NCBI GenBank assembly: GCA_003537755.1
Contig: DPQS01000029.1
Location: 27,914-91,913, forward strand
Direction: 5' to 3'
From: Clostridiales bacterium
Lineage (GTDB): Bacteria; Bacillota; Clostridia; Christensenellales; CAG-314
DNA length: 64,000 nt
Within the stretch, counting starts at the first letter, position 1. Every line of letters begins with the position of its first letter. A model generated the notes under the pieces. The model was not told the origin of the DNA and searched no databases. It saw nothing but the letters and a program-made list of their open reading frames with translations. This document shows positions 18,231 to 28,900 of this stretch, in pieces. The position numbers were made by a program, and so were the translations under genes.

Positions 18231-18871
18231 AAATCGCATTTTTGGGCGACAGTATAACTTACGGCGGTTGTGCAACAAAACCGGAATACATTTACACATA
18301 CCGGGTCGGCAAAGCAATTGGTTGCGATGTCGACGCGTACGGAGTTGTCGGTACGAGATTAGCCAGACAAACGGTTCCGTCTGCCACGCCGTCATTCGAC
18401 GAAGATTTTTTGACTCGCGCCGAAAAAATGGGCGACGCCGACTTTGTGTTTGTTTTCGGCGGTACAAACGATTACGGTCACGGAGACGCCGAACTCGGCA
18501 ATATTGACAGTACCGACAGTTACACCTTTTGCGGTGCGGTGCGCAATCTGGCAAACTACCTTGCCGGGCGTTACGGAAAGCAAAATTTATGCTTCATTTT
18601 GCCGTTGTGGCGCTATGACGAAGACAATCCCCGCGGAGAGGACGGAGCTCAACCGAAAACGCGTCCTTCGCTGAAAGAGTATGTTAAAAGCGAAATTGCG
18701 GTTTTGGATAGCATGGGAATAAAATACCTCAATTTGCGAGACGTATTCCCCGTTCCGACGACAAAAACTCCGAGCGAATACTATGCGGACGGTTTGCATC
18801 CGACGGATAAAGGACACGAATTGCTTGCCGATTGCATTGTAAAATACCTTGCAGACAACAAAATAGCGTAG
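18227..18871 (+). CDS. SGNH/GDSL-family hydrolase (probable carbohydrate esterase)
   Basis: Block I IAFLGDSITYGG, block III FGGTNDY, block V DGLHPTDKGH. ATGA start/stop overlap with the fucosidase gene. Confidence 0.85.
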   Translation: MKIAFLGDSITYGGCATKPEYIYTYRVGKAIGCDVDAYGVVGTRLARQTVPSATPSFDEDFLTRAEKMGDADFVFVFGGTNDYGHGDAELGNIDSTDSYTFCGAVRNLANYLAGRYGKQNLCFILPLWRYDEDNPRGEDGAQPKTRPSLKEYVKSEIAVLDSMGIKYLNLRDVFPVPTTKTPSEYYADGLHPTDKGHELLADCIVKYLADNKIA

Positions 18872-18896
18872 TTTGAAAAGGATAAAACGGTTAAAT

Positions 18897-19934
18897 ATGA
18901 AACTTACAAAATACAGCGGTAACCCAATACTGAAACCCAACCCTGACAACGCCTGGGAAGAGCGTTGCGTGCTTAATCCCGCGGTGGTGTACGACGAAAC
19001 GAAAAACAAGTTTGTTATGCTTTACCGTGCGGCAGGTAACGATGTGCGCCATCAGATCAAACTCGGGCTTGCCGAAAGCGACGACGGCGTGCATTTTACG
19101 CGAATGTCCGAACAAGCGGTGTTTGCCGGCAGTCACGAAGAACCCGACGGCGGTTGCGTGGAAGACCCTCGCCTTGTGAAAATCGGCGATATGTATTACC
19201 TTACTTATGCGGCCCGTGCTTATGCTCCCGGACGATATTGGTTGGAACCGTATGTAGAGGGCGTGACCAAAGCCCCGAGATACCTTGACGAAACAGATCT
19301 TCTCGGCGACGAAGTGCCGTACTTTGCAAAAGAAAACATCACGGTAAGTTACCTTGCGGCAACAAAAGATTTTCGCGTGTATAAAAAATTCGGTCGCATT
19401 ACCGAAGCGACGGTGGACGATCGCGACGTGTATTTGTTTCCCGAAAAGGTAGGCGACAAGTATGTCATGATTTCCCGTCCCAAGTTCAGAAACGCAGGCG
19501 TATCCATGCCGTCGATATGGATTTCTTTCGGAGACGATCTGATAGAATACGGCAAGCCGCAACTGCTTATGACAGGCGAGCAATGGTGGGAAACACAACG
19601 CATCGGCGGCGGTACACCGCCCGTCAAGACCGACAAGGGGTGGTTTATGCTGTACCACGGCGTTGACGACAAGGGCGTTTATCGTGTGGGCGCGGTACTG
19701 CTTGACCTGAACAACCCTGCCAAAATCGTGGCGCGTACCAAAGATTACATCATGGAACCCGACCGGGATTTCGAGTTGCAAGGCATCTACGAGGGGTGCG
19801 TATTCCCGACGGGTGCGGTGGTCAAGGACGGCACTTTGTACGTTTACTACGGCTGCGCCGACATGTACATAGGTCTTGCGACATGCGATTTCGCCACCTT
19901 GGTTGACTACTTATACAACGAGTGTAAACTGTAA
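18897..19934 (+). CDS. GH130-family protein
   Basis: I prefer the ATG at 18897 (MKLTKYSGNPILKPNP) over the TTG at 18873. Motifs: CVLNPAVVYD, GGCVEDPRLVKIGDMYYLTYAARA, GGGTPPVKTDKGWFMLYHGV, YRVGAVLLDLNNPAKIVART, CVFPTGAVVKDGTLYVYYGCAD. Confidence 0.85.
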   Translation: MKLTKYSGNPILKPNPDNAWEERCVLNPAVVYDETKNKFVMLYRAAGNDVRHQIKLGLAESDDGVHFTRMSEQAVFAGSHEEPDGGCVEDPRLVKIGDMYYLTYAARAYAPGRYWLEPYVEGVTKAPRYLDETDLLGDEVPYFAKENITVSYLAATKDFRVYKKFGRITEATVDDRDVYLFPEKVGDKYVMISRPKFRNAGVSMPSIWISFGDDLIEYGKPQLLMTGEQWWETQRIGGGTPPVKTDKGWFMLYHGVDDKGVYRVGAVLLDLNNPAKIVARTKDYIMEPDRDFELQGIYEGCVFPTGAVVKDGTLYVYYGCADMYIGLATCDFATLVDYLYNECKL

Positions 19935-20016
19935 AAAGTAAGCAAAAAATCAATACGTATGTAAAAACTGCGTACTAAATATCAACAAATTTGCTTACAA
20001 ACAGACTACAATATTT

Positions 20017-20059
20017 GAAAAAAACGGGATTGCTTCGCCGCAAAGCGGTAAGTAATCCC
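20017..20059 (-). terminator. Rho-independent terminator of the AraC-family gene, possibly bidirectional
   Basis: On the minus strand, GGGATTACTTACCGC-TTT-GCGGCGAAGCAATCCC is followed by GTTTTTTTC, 50 nt after the AraC stop. It also lies 90 nt downstream of the convergent GH130 gene. Confidence 0.7.
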
Positions 20060-20109
20060 ATTTGTATTTCCGATTATTTTGTATTTCCGATTGTAATGGC
20101 AGTGATCGT

Positions 20110-20976
20110 TCAAAACGTTTTACGAAAATGCCCCGGGGTCGTTCCGTAAGCGTTTTTGAAATAGGTGTTGAAAGAAGCAAGATTCGTAAAACCAACAAAC
20201 TCGGCAATGTCAATCACTTTCATGTCGGTGGTCATAAGCAAGTTTTGTGCGTAACGCAACTTGTAGTTGACCAGAAATTTGTGCGGAGTCGTGCCGAATT
20301 TTTCGTTGAACAGTCGTGTAAGTTGCATGCGGCTGTAATTGAGCAATATGCTGAGATCGGCAATCGAGTAGTGCAGGAACTCCGTCTTTTTCATTGCTTT
20401 GTTCAGTGTTTGTACCCACTGCGGTTGTTCGTTCAGTCGGCCGTAGTCGATAAAGTCAACGCTTTTGCGGTACAAAAACTGCATTACTATCATTACCGCG
20501 CCGCAAAGCAGACCGTCGTACTCTTTGTAGGCGTCATCGGGCAAAAACATCACCTGGTGGATTATCTCTTCCACTTGCGTAGTCAACTCGGCAGGAAAAG
20601 TTTGCTTGCGCGACATTTTTTGCAGTGTGGCGAAGAAACTGTCGGAGAACATATCGGCGAGACGTTTTATCGCCGATTCCCGGGCAATGATGTTGATGTA
20701 TCGTATTTTTTCCGAACCGACTTTCTTCAGGTAGTGGGTATCGGCCGTGGTGGAAAAGAACATTTGCCCTGCCGTTACGGGGATTTTTTGCCCGTTAAGC
20801 ACGTTGTTCAATTTGCCTTCGGTAAGCAATGTAAATTCCCAGTAGTCGTCATGTCCGTGCGTGGTTGTGTAGTCAAATGTGTTGATGTGGTAGGAAAAAT
20901 CGATTTTGTCGATAAAATTCTCCACGCGTTTGCTTGTGATATTGTCGTTGGTAAATTTGTAATCTATCATGATCAC
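20110..20976 (-). CDS. AraC-family transcriptional regulator (cupin-like sensor plus dual HTH)
   Basis: C-terminus: SIADLSILLNYSRMQLTRLFNEKFGTTPHKFLVNYKLRYAQNLLMTTDMKVIDIAEFVGFTNLASFNTYFKNAYGTTPGHFRK. It is divergent from the GH130/ABC operon. Confidence 0.9.
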   Translation of the reverse strand: MIMIDYKFTNDNITSKRVENFIDKIDFSYHINTFDYTTTHGHDDYWEFTLLTEGKLNNVLNGQKIPVTAGQMFFSTTADTHYLKKVGSEKIRYINIIARESAIKRLADMFSDSFFATLQKMSRKQTFPAELTTQVEEIIHQVMFLPDDAYKEYDGLLCGAVMIVMQFLYRKSVDFIDYGRLNEQPQWVQTLNKAMKKTEFLHYSIADLSILLNYSRMQLTRLFNEKFGTTPHKFLVNYKLRYAQNLLMTTDMKVIDIAEFVGFTNLASFNTYFKNAYGTTPGHFRKTF

Positions 20977-21056
20977 ATTATACCTGTTTGTTTGACGGCT
21001 GTCAACGTTCGATGTTTGATTTTTGCTTTATTTTACGGCAAAAATGTTATGTAATG

Positions 21057-21080
21057 TTACAAATTGCCAATTATTTGTAA
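21057..21080. promoter_or_regulatory. Inverted repeat TTACAAAT-N8-ATTTGTAA overlapping a candidate -35 in the AraC/GH130 divergent region
   Basis: The 8-bp arms are perfect. A direct repeat ATGTTA x2 at 10-bp spacing lies just upstream (21044, 21054). A possible promoter is TTGTAA (21073) -18- TATAGA (21097). Confidence 0.35.
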
Positions 21081-21199
21081 AAAGTTGTGGCAAATTCGTA
21101 TAGAGTGACGGACTTTGAACATGGTAAAATTTCTACGAAGGGACGATTGTTCGCCGAAAAAGGCACATGTCGTTTCTACGCAGGAAGAGGTGTATAAAT

Positions 21200-22240
21200 A
21201 TGGAACTTAACTTTAAGCGATACGATGGCAATCCGATACTCAGACCAAACCCGCAAAATCAATGGGAAAACTTGTGCGTGCTCAATCCCGCAGTGGTATT
21301 TGACAAGGAAACGAATAAGTTTGTAATGGTGTATCGTGCCGGTGGCGACGAAATAAAACATCACATCAGACTGGGACTGGCAACAAGCGACGACGGATTT
21401 AACTTTGTTCGTTACGCCGACAAACCCGTATTCGACGTGGACGAAAACGACGCCGACGGCGGTTGCGTGGAAGACCCTCGTATTGTAAATATCGACGGCA
21501 TATACTACATGACCTATGCTTCGCGCGCATATGCCCCGGGGCGTTACTGGTTGCCGATTGAACAAAAACGCAAGGAAACGAGCGCGTGGATGCGTCCGCA
21601 TGCCGACACCGAACCGTGGTTTTTGCGTACCAACGAAACCGTTACATATCTTGCCGCAACAAAAGATTTTGTCAGTTACAAACGGCTCGGTCGCATCACC
21701 GACGCAAGGGAAGACGACCGTGACGTAGTGTTGTTTCCACGTAAAATCAACGGCAAATTTTACCGCATATCCCGTCCTGTGTTAAACCGGGACCGCTCGA
21801 TGTGGATTTCGTCAAGCGACGACTTGATGGAGTGGCCGACGCGTGCTAAACTGTATTCGGGGGTGGAACCTTGGGAAAACAGCCGTTTGGGCGCAGGCTG
21901 TCCGCCTATCGAAACGGACGACGGTTGGTTGTTGATTTACCACGGGGTAAACGAAAATGACAAGTGCTACCGCGTGGGACTTATGATGCTGGACAGGGAC
22001 GACCCGTCCAAAATCATTGCGCGTAGTAAAAACTTTGTTTTAGAGCCTACGACGGACTACGAAAAGGACGGTTTGTACGCGGGTTGCGTGTTCCCGACCG
22101 GCGCTGTCGTCAAGGACGGCATCTTGTACGTTTACTACGGTTGCGCCGACAAGTATGTCGCGGTAGTGACGGAAAAATTGCAAAACGTGCTGGACTACAT
22201 GAAACTTCCGCAAAATAAGTGCGAACAGCAGAATGGATAA
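21200..22240 (+). CDS. GH130-family protein (paralog of 18897..19934)
   Basis: I prefer the start at 21200 (GGAAGAGG ~9 nt upstream; MELNFKRYDGNPILRPNP). Motifs: CVLNPAVVFD, GGCVEDPRIVNIDGIYYMTYASRA, GAGCPPIETDDGWLLIYHGV, CVFPTGAVVKDGILYVYYGCAD. Confidence 0.85.
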   Translation: MELNFKRYDGNPILRPNPQNQWENLCVLNPAVVFDKETNKFVMVYRAGGDEIKHHIRLGLATSDDGFNFVRYADKPVFDVDENDADGGCVEDPRIVNIDGIYYMTYASRAYAPGRYWLPIEQKRKETSAWMRPHADTEPWFLRTNETVTYLAATKDFVSYKRLGRITDAREDDRDVVLFPRKINGKFYRISRPVLNRDRSMWISSSDDLMEWPTRAKLYSGVEPWENSRLGAGCPPIETDDGWLLIYHGVNENDKCYRVGLMMLDRDDPSKIIARSKNFVLEPTTDYEKDGLYAGCVFPTGAVVKDGILYVYYGCADKYVAVVTEKLQNVLDYMKLPQNKCEQQNG

Positions 22241-22253
22241 AGGAGTTACTTCG

Positions 22254-23942
22254 ATGAAAAACACAGTAAAAATCATTTCTTTGTTGTTGTGCTTCATGAT
22301 GGTTTTTGCCATTGTCGCAGGATGTCATCGCGACAATAGTGAAGATCAGAAGGTTGACAAAAGCAAAACGCAATTGTACGTCAAGTACTACAACGGCGGT
22401 TTCGGCGACGAGTGGCTCAACCAACTTTGCGCCGAGTTCGAAGCGATGTACGCCGACGCTCACTTTGAAGAAGGTAAGACGGGCGTACAAATAATGAAAG
22501 AGTTTAACCGCGGGCAGCTATCCGGACCTAACGATATGAAGGGCAAGCCTATCAACGTGTATATGATGGAAAACATCGATTACTACACCTACGTTGCAGG
22601 CGGCACAATGCTCGACTTGACCGACGTGGTAAACGACTACGCCGTAACGGGTAAGGATACGAAGGAAACGGAAACCAAGATTGTCAACAAAATCATAGAT
22701 TCTTACGACGAGTTTTTGAACGTATCCGGTAAGTACTACGCTTTGCCGCTGTTTGAAACGTCAATAAACCTCAACTACGACATCGATATGTTTGAGCAAA
22801 GAGGTTTGTATTTTGCAGAAGGTAAAACCGCGGAAGATTTTACCGAAGCGGACTTTGCGGACGAAAGCAAAATATCCGCATTGTTTATCAACAACGCCGA
22901 TGACGCCCGCGCCAACGGGCCCGACGGAAAACCCGACACAAGCGACGACGGTTTGCCCGCAACGTACAAGGATTTCCGCGCATTGACAATCTACATGAAG
23001 ATTACCGGCGTAACCCCGTTTGTATGGAACGGTTACGAAACAGGCTATCTTACCGGTCTTATCAACGACATGTGGGCAAACAACGAAGGTGCGGAGCAAA
23101 TGAAGCTCAACTTCACGTTTGACGGCACGGCAAAAACATTGGTCGAACTTGACAACAACGGAAAAGTCGTCAGAAACGAGGACGGAAGCGTCAAATTGGC
23201 AAATGAAACCACCGTTAACGAAGAAAACAAAAACCTTTTGCAATTGCAAAAAGGCAAACTCGACGCAATGGAATTTGCCAAACTGTTGCTTGACGACGGC
23301 TTGGGCAACAAAAACAGTGCAAACTACTACTCCAAGTCTTTTGACAGCGGTTTCAGCAATATCAATGCACAAAACTACTTCCTGGATCCCGACGGAAACA
23401 ACGTAGATCCTATCGGATTTCTTGTTGATGGCGGATGGTGGTACAACGAGGCAAAGGTGCCCGCCGACCGCAACATCGGTATTTTGCCCCTGCCCAAAAC
23501 GGACGCAAACCAAATCGGCAAACCTAATACCAAGGTGTCCGACCGATCGTCATTTATCTTTGTAAACAACGAAACGACTGCGGCGGTGCAACCCGTTGCC
23601 AAGGCATTTGTAAGTTTCCTTCAAAGCGATTACGCAATGGAAACCTACACCAAGTACACAAATACCTTCCGCGCAATGAAGTACGACTTGTCAACGGAAA
23701 CGCTCAACGTGATGAGCGCGTACGGCAAAAGCGTCTACGCAACTCGCAACAGCGACGATACGACCGTTTTGCCATGGACGCCGATTTCGCAAGTGGCGCG
23801 CAAAAACGCAAGTTTGCTCAGTTACCGCACGTATGGTTTCAGTGTAAACACGCAGGAAAACAATCCGCTGATTTACTTCAAAGATCACGCCAACGCAACT
23901 GCGGTAAGTTACTTCGAGACAATCTGGAATTTCCGTAAGTAG
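22254..23942 (+). CDS. Large (~560 aa) ABC substrate-binding lipoprotein (LplA-like class)
   Basis: I prefer the start at 22254 (AAAGGAG SD; MKNTVKIISLLLCFMMVFAIVAGC carries a lipobox). It is followed by two permeases. It is a paralog of the frameshifted gene at 42462. Confidence 0.85.
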   Translation: MKNTVKIISLLLCFMMVFAIVAGCHRDNSEDQKVDKSKTQLYVKYYNGGFGDEWLNQLCAEFEAMYADAHFEEGKTGVQIMKEFNRGQLSGPNDMKGKPINVYMMENIDYYTYVAGGTMLDLTDVVNDYAVTGKDTKETETKIVNKIIDSYDEFLNVSGKYYALPLFETSINLNYDIDMFEQRGLYFAEGKTAEDFTEADFADESKISALFINNADDARANGPDGKPDTSDDGLPATYKDFRALTIYMKITGVTPFVWNGYETGYLTGLINDMWANNEGAEQMKLNFTFDGTAKTLVELDNNGKVVRNEDGSVKLANETTVNEENKNLLQLQKGKLDAMEFAKLLLDDGLGNKNSANYYSKSFDSGFSNINAQNYFLDPDGNNVDPIGFLVDGGWWYNEAKVPADRNIGILPLPKTDANQIGKPNTKVSDRSSFIFVNNETTAAVQPVAKAFVSFLQSDYAMETYTKYTNTFRAMKYDLSTETLNVMSAYGKSVYATRNSDDTTVLPWTPISQVARKNASLLSYRTYGFSVNTQENNPLIYFKDHANATAVSYFETIWNFRK

Positions 23943-23957
23943 CGAATGGCAGCGGTT

Positions 23958-24086
23958 CCGTTGTCGGCGCGAATAGTTTTTGCTTGTGAGACAACGGCTG
24001 ATTGTGCGTTAAACGTCCTCTGCGTATCCTGCAAGACCAATTAAACGGGCGGCGGCAACGGTTTGGCATTGTTTGGCTGCCGCCGC
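23958..24086 (+). other. Two intercistronic stem-loops between the binding-protein and permease genes
   Basis: CCGTTGTC (23958-23965) pairs with GACAACGG (23990-23997). GCGGCGGCA (24049-24057) pairs with TGCCGCCGC (24078-24086). Neither has a U-tract. Confidence 0.5.
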
Positions 24087-24117
24087 ACAAAAAAGCTCCC
24101 GATAAAAGGGGAAAAAC

Positions 24118-25059
24118 ATGACAGGACAAAAGTTAAATGCCGCAAGTGCGGTCAAGAAAAAAATGTCCATGAAGAAGAGCGGAACGCTGTTTTACGTAAC
24201 GATGATTGCGCTTCCGCTGTTGCAGTTTGTGATATTCTACGTAATTGTCAACTTCAACAGTATTCTTATGGCGTTTCAGAATTACGACAACTCTACGGGA
24301 AAGGAAGTAATTACCTTCACCTGGGACAACTTTGCGTACTTTTTCAGCGCAGACGTTGTCGCCGACTTGTGGTTGTGTATCAAAAATTCGTTGATGTACC
24401 TTGCGCTCAACGTCTTTGTCGTCATGCCCGTAAGTTTGCTGTTCAGCTACTACGTGTTCAAAAAGTTTCGTATGGCAAAGTTGTTTAAGGTGATTATGTT
24501 TTTGCCCAGTATAGTTTGTTCTACGGCAATGGTCATCTTTTACAAGTACTACGTCAACGACGCTTTAAGCGGTATGTTCGGCGGACCGGTAATCGGGCCT
24601 ACATTCAATGCGCACCAACAAGGCGTGCTTATCGTGTTCTATTTGTTGATGAGTTTTTCGGGCAACATTTTGTTGTACATCAACGCGATGTGTCAAACGC
24701 CCGAATCGGTAATAGAAGCGGCAAGAATCGACGGCGCAAAGGAAGGACAAATCTTCCTGCACGTGGTTGTTCCGCAAATCTGGGGGACGATTGTGTCGCT
24801 ATTAGTCATCTTCTTTGCATGGGTGGCTACCAACCAGGCTTACTTGTTTACCTTCTACGGTTTCAATGCCAACCGTGAGTATCAGACAATAGGCTACTAC
24901 CTGTTCAACATGGTGCAGGACGGCAGATTTACGAGTTCCGCATTGGAACAAAACTACCGCAAGGCGTCCGCGCTCGGGCTGATGCTGACGCTTATTGTCG
25001 CGCCCGTTACCATTCTTGTCCGCAACCTTATGTTGAAGTACGGACCGAAAGAGGACTAA
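24118..25059 (+). CDS. ABC sugar transporter permease (LplB-like)
   Basis: AAAGGGG SD. EAA loop VIEAARIDGAKEGQIFLHVVVPQI. Multi-span membrane profile. Confidence 0.9.
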   Translation: MTGQKLNAASAVKKKMSMKKSGTLFYVTMIALPLLQFVIFYVIVNFNSILMAFQNYDNSTGKEVITFTWDNFAYFFSADVVADLWLCIKNSLMYLALNVFVVMPVSLLFSYYVFKKFRMAKLFKVIMFLPSIVCSTAMVIFYKYYVNDALSGMFGGPVIGPTFNAHQQGVLIVFYLLMSFSGNILLYINAMCQTPESVIEAARIDGAKEGQIFLHVVVPQIWGTIVSLLVIFFAWVATNQAYLFTFYGFNANREYQTIGYYLFNMVQDGRFTSSALEQNYRKASALGLMLTLIVAPVTILVRNLMLKYGPKED

Positions 25060-25071
25060 GGGAGGCGGCAT

Positions 25072-25983
25072 ATGGCACAAACTAAACTTAAAACTTTCGG
25101 TAAACGCAAACTAAGCGTGTTTGAGTTGATTGTCATGGTGTTGCTCATTGCGTACTGTGTTGCGGTTGTGGCGTTGTTGGTGTGGGGCTTTATGGCTTCC
25201 TTCCGTACCGATCAATCGGTGGCGCAACGTCCGTGGGCGATGTTTGAAGATTTGACGATAGACAACTATCTGGAAGTGTTTGACAACTTCAAAACTTTCA
25301 AATACGTAGACGGCGGCACCCGGACGGTTTACTTCGAGGAAATGTTTCTTAATTCGCTGTTGTATGCGGGCGGCGGAGCATTGATGCAAACGTTGTGTAC
25401 GGCAATAGTTGCGTACCTTACTGCAAAGTACGACAACTTGTGCAGCAAAATAGTGCATTACACGGTAATTGTCACGTTGTCATTGCCCATTGTAGGCAAC
25501 CTGGCAAGTATGTTGCAAATATCCAAGGCTTTGGGGCTGTTCGACAACATTGTCGGGTCGTGGATAATGAAGTTCGGTTTCAACAATATCTACTACCTTA
25601 TTTTCTACGCATTTTTCAAAAAAGTCCCGTGGGAATATGCCGAATCGACATTTCTCGACGGCGGCAATCATTACACGGTGTTTTTCCGTATAATGCTGCC
25701 CCTGGCAATGCCGCTTATCGCGACGGTATTTTTGCTTAACTTTATACAGTACTGGAACGACTTTGAAACGCCGTACATGTTTTTGCCCAACCACACAACG
25801 GCAGGCATAATGCTGTATATGTCCATTATAGGCGGCGGCGGATCATGGTCCGGACCAAGCCCCATACCGCTTACTCCGCAGCTTGCGGCGGCGTTTATGG
25901 TGTTTTTGCCGATATTTGTACTGTTTCTTGTGTTCCGCAACAAAATAATGGGCAACTTGTCCGAAGGAGGTATCAAGGGTTGA
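25072..25983 (+). CDS. ABC sugar transporter permease (LplC-like)
   Basis: GGGAGG SD. EAA-like loop YAESTFLDGGNHYTVFFRIMLPLAMP. Confidence 0.9.
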   Translation: MAQTKLKTFGKRKLSVFELIVMVLLIAYCVAVVALLVWGFMASFRTDQSVAQRPWAMFEDLTIDNYLEVFDNFKTFKYVDGGTRTVYFEEMFLNSLLYAGGGALMQTLCTAIVAYLTAKYDNLCSKIVHYTVIVTLSLPIVGNLASMLQISKALGLFDNIVGSWIMKFGFNNIYYLIFYAFFKKVPWEYAESTFLDGGNHYTVFFRIMLPLAMPLIATVFLLNFIQYWNDFETPYMFLPNHTTAGIMLYMSIIGGGGSWSGPSPIPLTPQLAAAFMVFLPIFVLFLVFRNKIMGNLSEGGIKG

Positions 25984-28900
25984 CGACTACAAAACGTATC
26001 GCTTTATTTGTGTTGTGCTTTGTGTTGGTCGCAAGCGTAGTTGCTTTGGCAATTACTTTTGGCGGCGGCTTCAAGGCATATGCTTCGGACGTGTTCGATT
26101 ACGTCGGGACGATAAAAACGGTCAACGGCTCGATTGAAGGCAACAGACGCGGTTTGCGGTTGTACGGCTACGACAGCGGTGTTACGGCAAACTTCAAAAA
26201 CGCGCAAACCGACGTGTTCGGCGCGGAGTTGCAAATCGGCTCGCACGAAGGCAAGAAGGACCTTAAAAAGTATTCGTTGGTATTTACCGACGTAAAAAGC
26301 GGCAAAAGTTTTGCCGTGCAAGTGGTTTCTTACAGCGACTACAACGATGTAGGCGTTGTGTGCAACGGCAACAAGGGCGGCATTGTGTACTACGAACGTA
26401 AAAACGCCGCATACGGAATGACCGCAGGCTACAACGAAGACGGCGTGTATACAAGGTTTACGTCGGCAATCTGCAATCTGACCTTCGATCCGCAAAGTAT
26501 GCAGGTCAGGGTCAAAGCCGACGACGGTAATTTCCGCGTGGTGTGGGACTTTACCAAGCAATACAACGACGGCAAATTGCTTGCCAATGACCTGCCCGTA
26601 TTCGGAGAGTATACCGTATCGATTGTTTTGGACGAGATTTCGGCAAACAGTCGCGGCGACCTGATGGTTTACACCTTCGGCGGATATTCGCTTGCCGACG
26701 AAACGGTGACATATCGTCCGACAATCTTGTTGCAAAAAGGTCTTAAACCGATTGTCGGTAAACAATTTACTTTACCCGTGGCAAAGGTCACGGACGATGA
26801 CGGCAAGGATGCTTCGGACAAAATAACCGCAACGGTGTACAATGCCGACGGAACGGTGCTTGCCGACAACGTAAAAACGTTTATTCCGCAAAATGCCGAA
26901 ACTATATATGTTTACTACAAGTACACGGACGGACAAACGACCGCCGACTTGTGGTACAAAACGCAAGCGATTACAGAAAGCGACATTACGGCAAAGTTCG
27001 ATTACGACGGCGAGTTGCCCGTCAAGGTGGGCGTAGGTGCAAAAATTACGATACCTTCCGCGACGGTTGCTTCCAATGTGCTTGAAAGCGGCAGTGAAGA
27101 GTGCGTCGTTACTGTAAAAAAAGACGGCGTTGCGGTGGACGGCTACCAAAACATACCGGACGGATTTGTGTACGAAGTCAAGGAACAAGGCAACTACGAA
27201 GTAATTTACGGCGGAAAGACATCTGCCGTGTACAAAACGGATACAAAAACATTTACCGCGGACGAAAAAATGCTTGCGGTAAACGTGGATGCTGTGGAGG
27301 AGTTCGCTTACGGGGCAACGTACAAATTGCCCGTTGCGGAGTTCTGTTTGGGTACAAACAAAACGGAAGTAAATGCAACCGTAACGTATCCTTCGGGCAA
27401 GCAAGCCGACGGCACAATTGCTCTTGACGAAGCAGGCAAGTATACGGTAGGCTACAGTGCGACAATCGACGGAGCAAATTACACGCACGAAGAAACTTTT
27501 GTTGTCAAATTGCCCTATGCCGACAACTTCGACGGCAATGCGGAATATGCGCAAATGCGCGGCAACAATGAGTTTAAGGGCGTCAGACTGTCGCTTGCAA
27601 ACAACCAAACCGTGACATACAACAAGGCTATCGATTTGTCGGATTACACATTTAACGCCGCTACAAACAAGGGCAAAACTCTCCTGGAACTCAACCTCGA
27701 CCCAAAGACAATCGGGTCTGCCGACATCGATTCGCTTTACGTCGTGTTTACCGACAAGTACGATTCGACCAATTACTTCTCGGTGCGCCTGAAGTACTTG
27801 TCGTATTCTCCGCTCAGCACTTTCATTCGTGTACGGTCGAGCAATCAGGCAAGCTGGGTCGGGTACAACTACGACTTTTATTCCTCTGCTCTTCGCGTCG
27901 ATGCGGCGGCGGTGCACGAAGAGGGCGGATTTATCTCGTCTGCATCATTTACTCACAGGCTTGACGAATACGACTTCGGATACGGCTCTTTGAAACTTTA
28001 CTTCGATTACCGGACAAAATGCCTGTATTCGCAACCGTTGTGGCTTACGGGACACAACGACGGCGCTCACCCCGAGTACAACTCGCGCAATGTTCCGTGG
28101 CTTGTGTACGATCTGGACAGTTCCGACAACACGTTGTCCGCAGGTAACAAGCCGTGGGGCGGTTTTACTACGGGCGAGGCATATGTCAGTGTTTATGCCA
28201 AGGGCGTAAGCAGTACGGCGGACGTGTTTATGCTGAACATCGGCGGCGAAGACCTGACAACTCCGCTGTTTGACGATACAAAAGCTCCGACAATTACCGT
28301 AGACGTGGACAAAAACAACGTCCCGTCTGCAAAGGTCGGTTTGCCATACAAAGTGTTTGATTTTACGGCAATCGACGCCGATTCCACAGTGGTAAACAAG
28401 GGCGTTACGGTAACAAACAACGCAACGGGCAAGCAAGTTGCGCTTGACGACAACAATTGCTTTACGCCGATCGAGGGCGAGTACACGCTTGCCTACTATG
28501 CCGTGGACGCATTCGGCTACCGCACCGAAGAAATAATCAACGTAAAGGCAAGTCGCAACGTAGAAACCCCGCAAATTACCGTTTCCGACGGATTGCCGCG
28601 GACAGCTTACTACGGGCAGACAATCACTCTTGCCGATTGCCTGATTACAAAACAAGGTGCAGGCAATGCAGTTGTCGATGTAAAGGTAACTTGCGGCGAC
28701 GTCGAAGTGCCCGTGACAAACGGTAAATTTGTTTGTCTGGGCGCAATCGGAACGTACAACGTTGTTTACACCGTTACCGACTACATCGGTCAAACGGCGC
28801 AGGTAAAGAAGAAAATCATCGTGTCGCTGAGCGACGAATTGCAGTTTGATGAACAGACAATCAGCCTTCCCAAGGCATTTATGCATGGCGACAAGGTGTA

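Noticed and set aside
20062-21054. 330-aa plus-strand ORF over the AraC region
   Set aside because: The minus-strand ORF 20110..20976 has an unmistakable AraC-type dual-HTH C-terminus and its own terminator. The plus-strand ORF has no SD and an R/V/F-rich nonsense-like sequence.
25845-25979. N-terminal 45-codon extension of the giant ORF (track start 25845)
   Set aside because: The extension lies entirely inside the permease gene in another frame and has no SD. The TTG at 25980 has GAAGGAGG 10 nt upstream and is immediately followed by a signal/anchor sequence.
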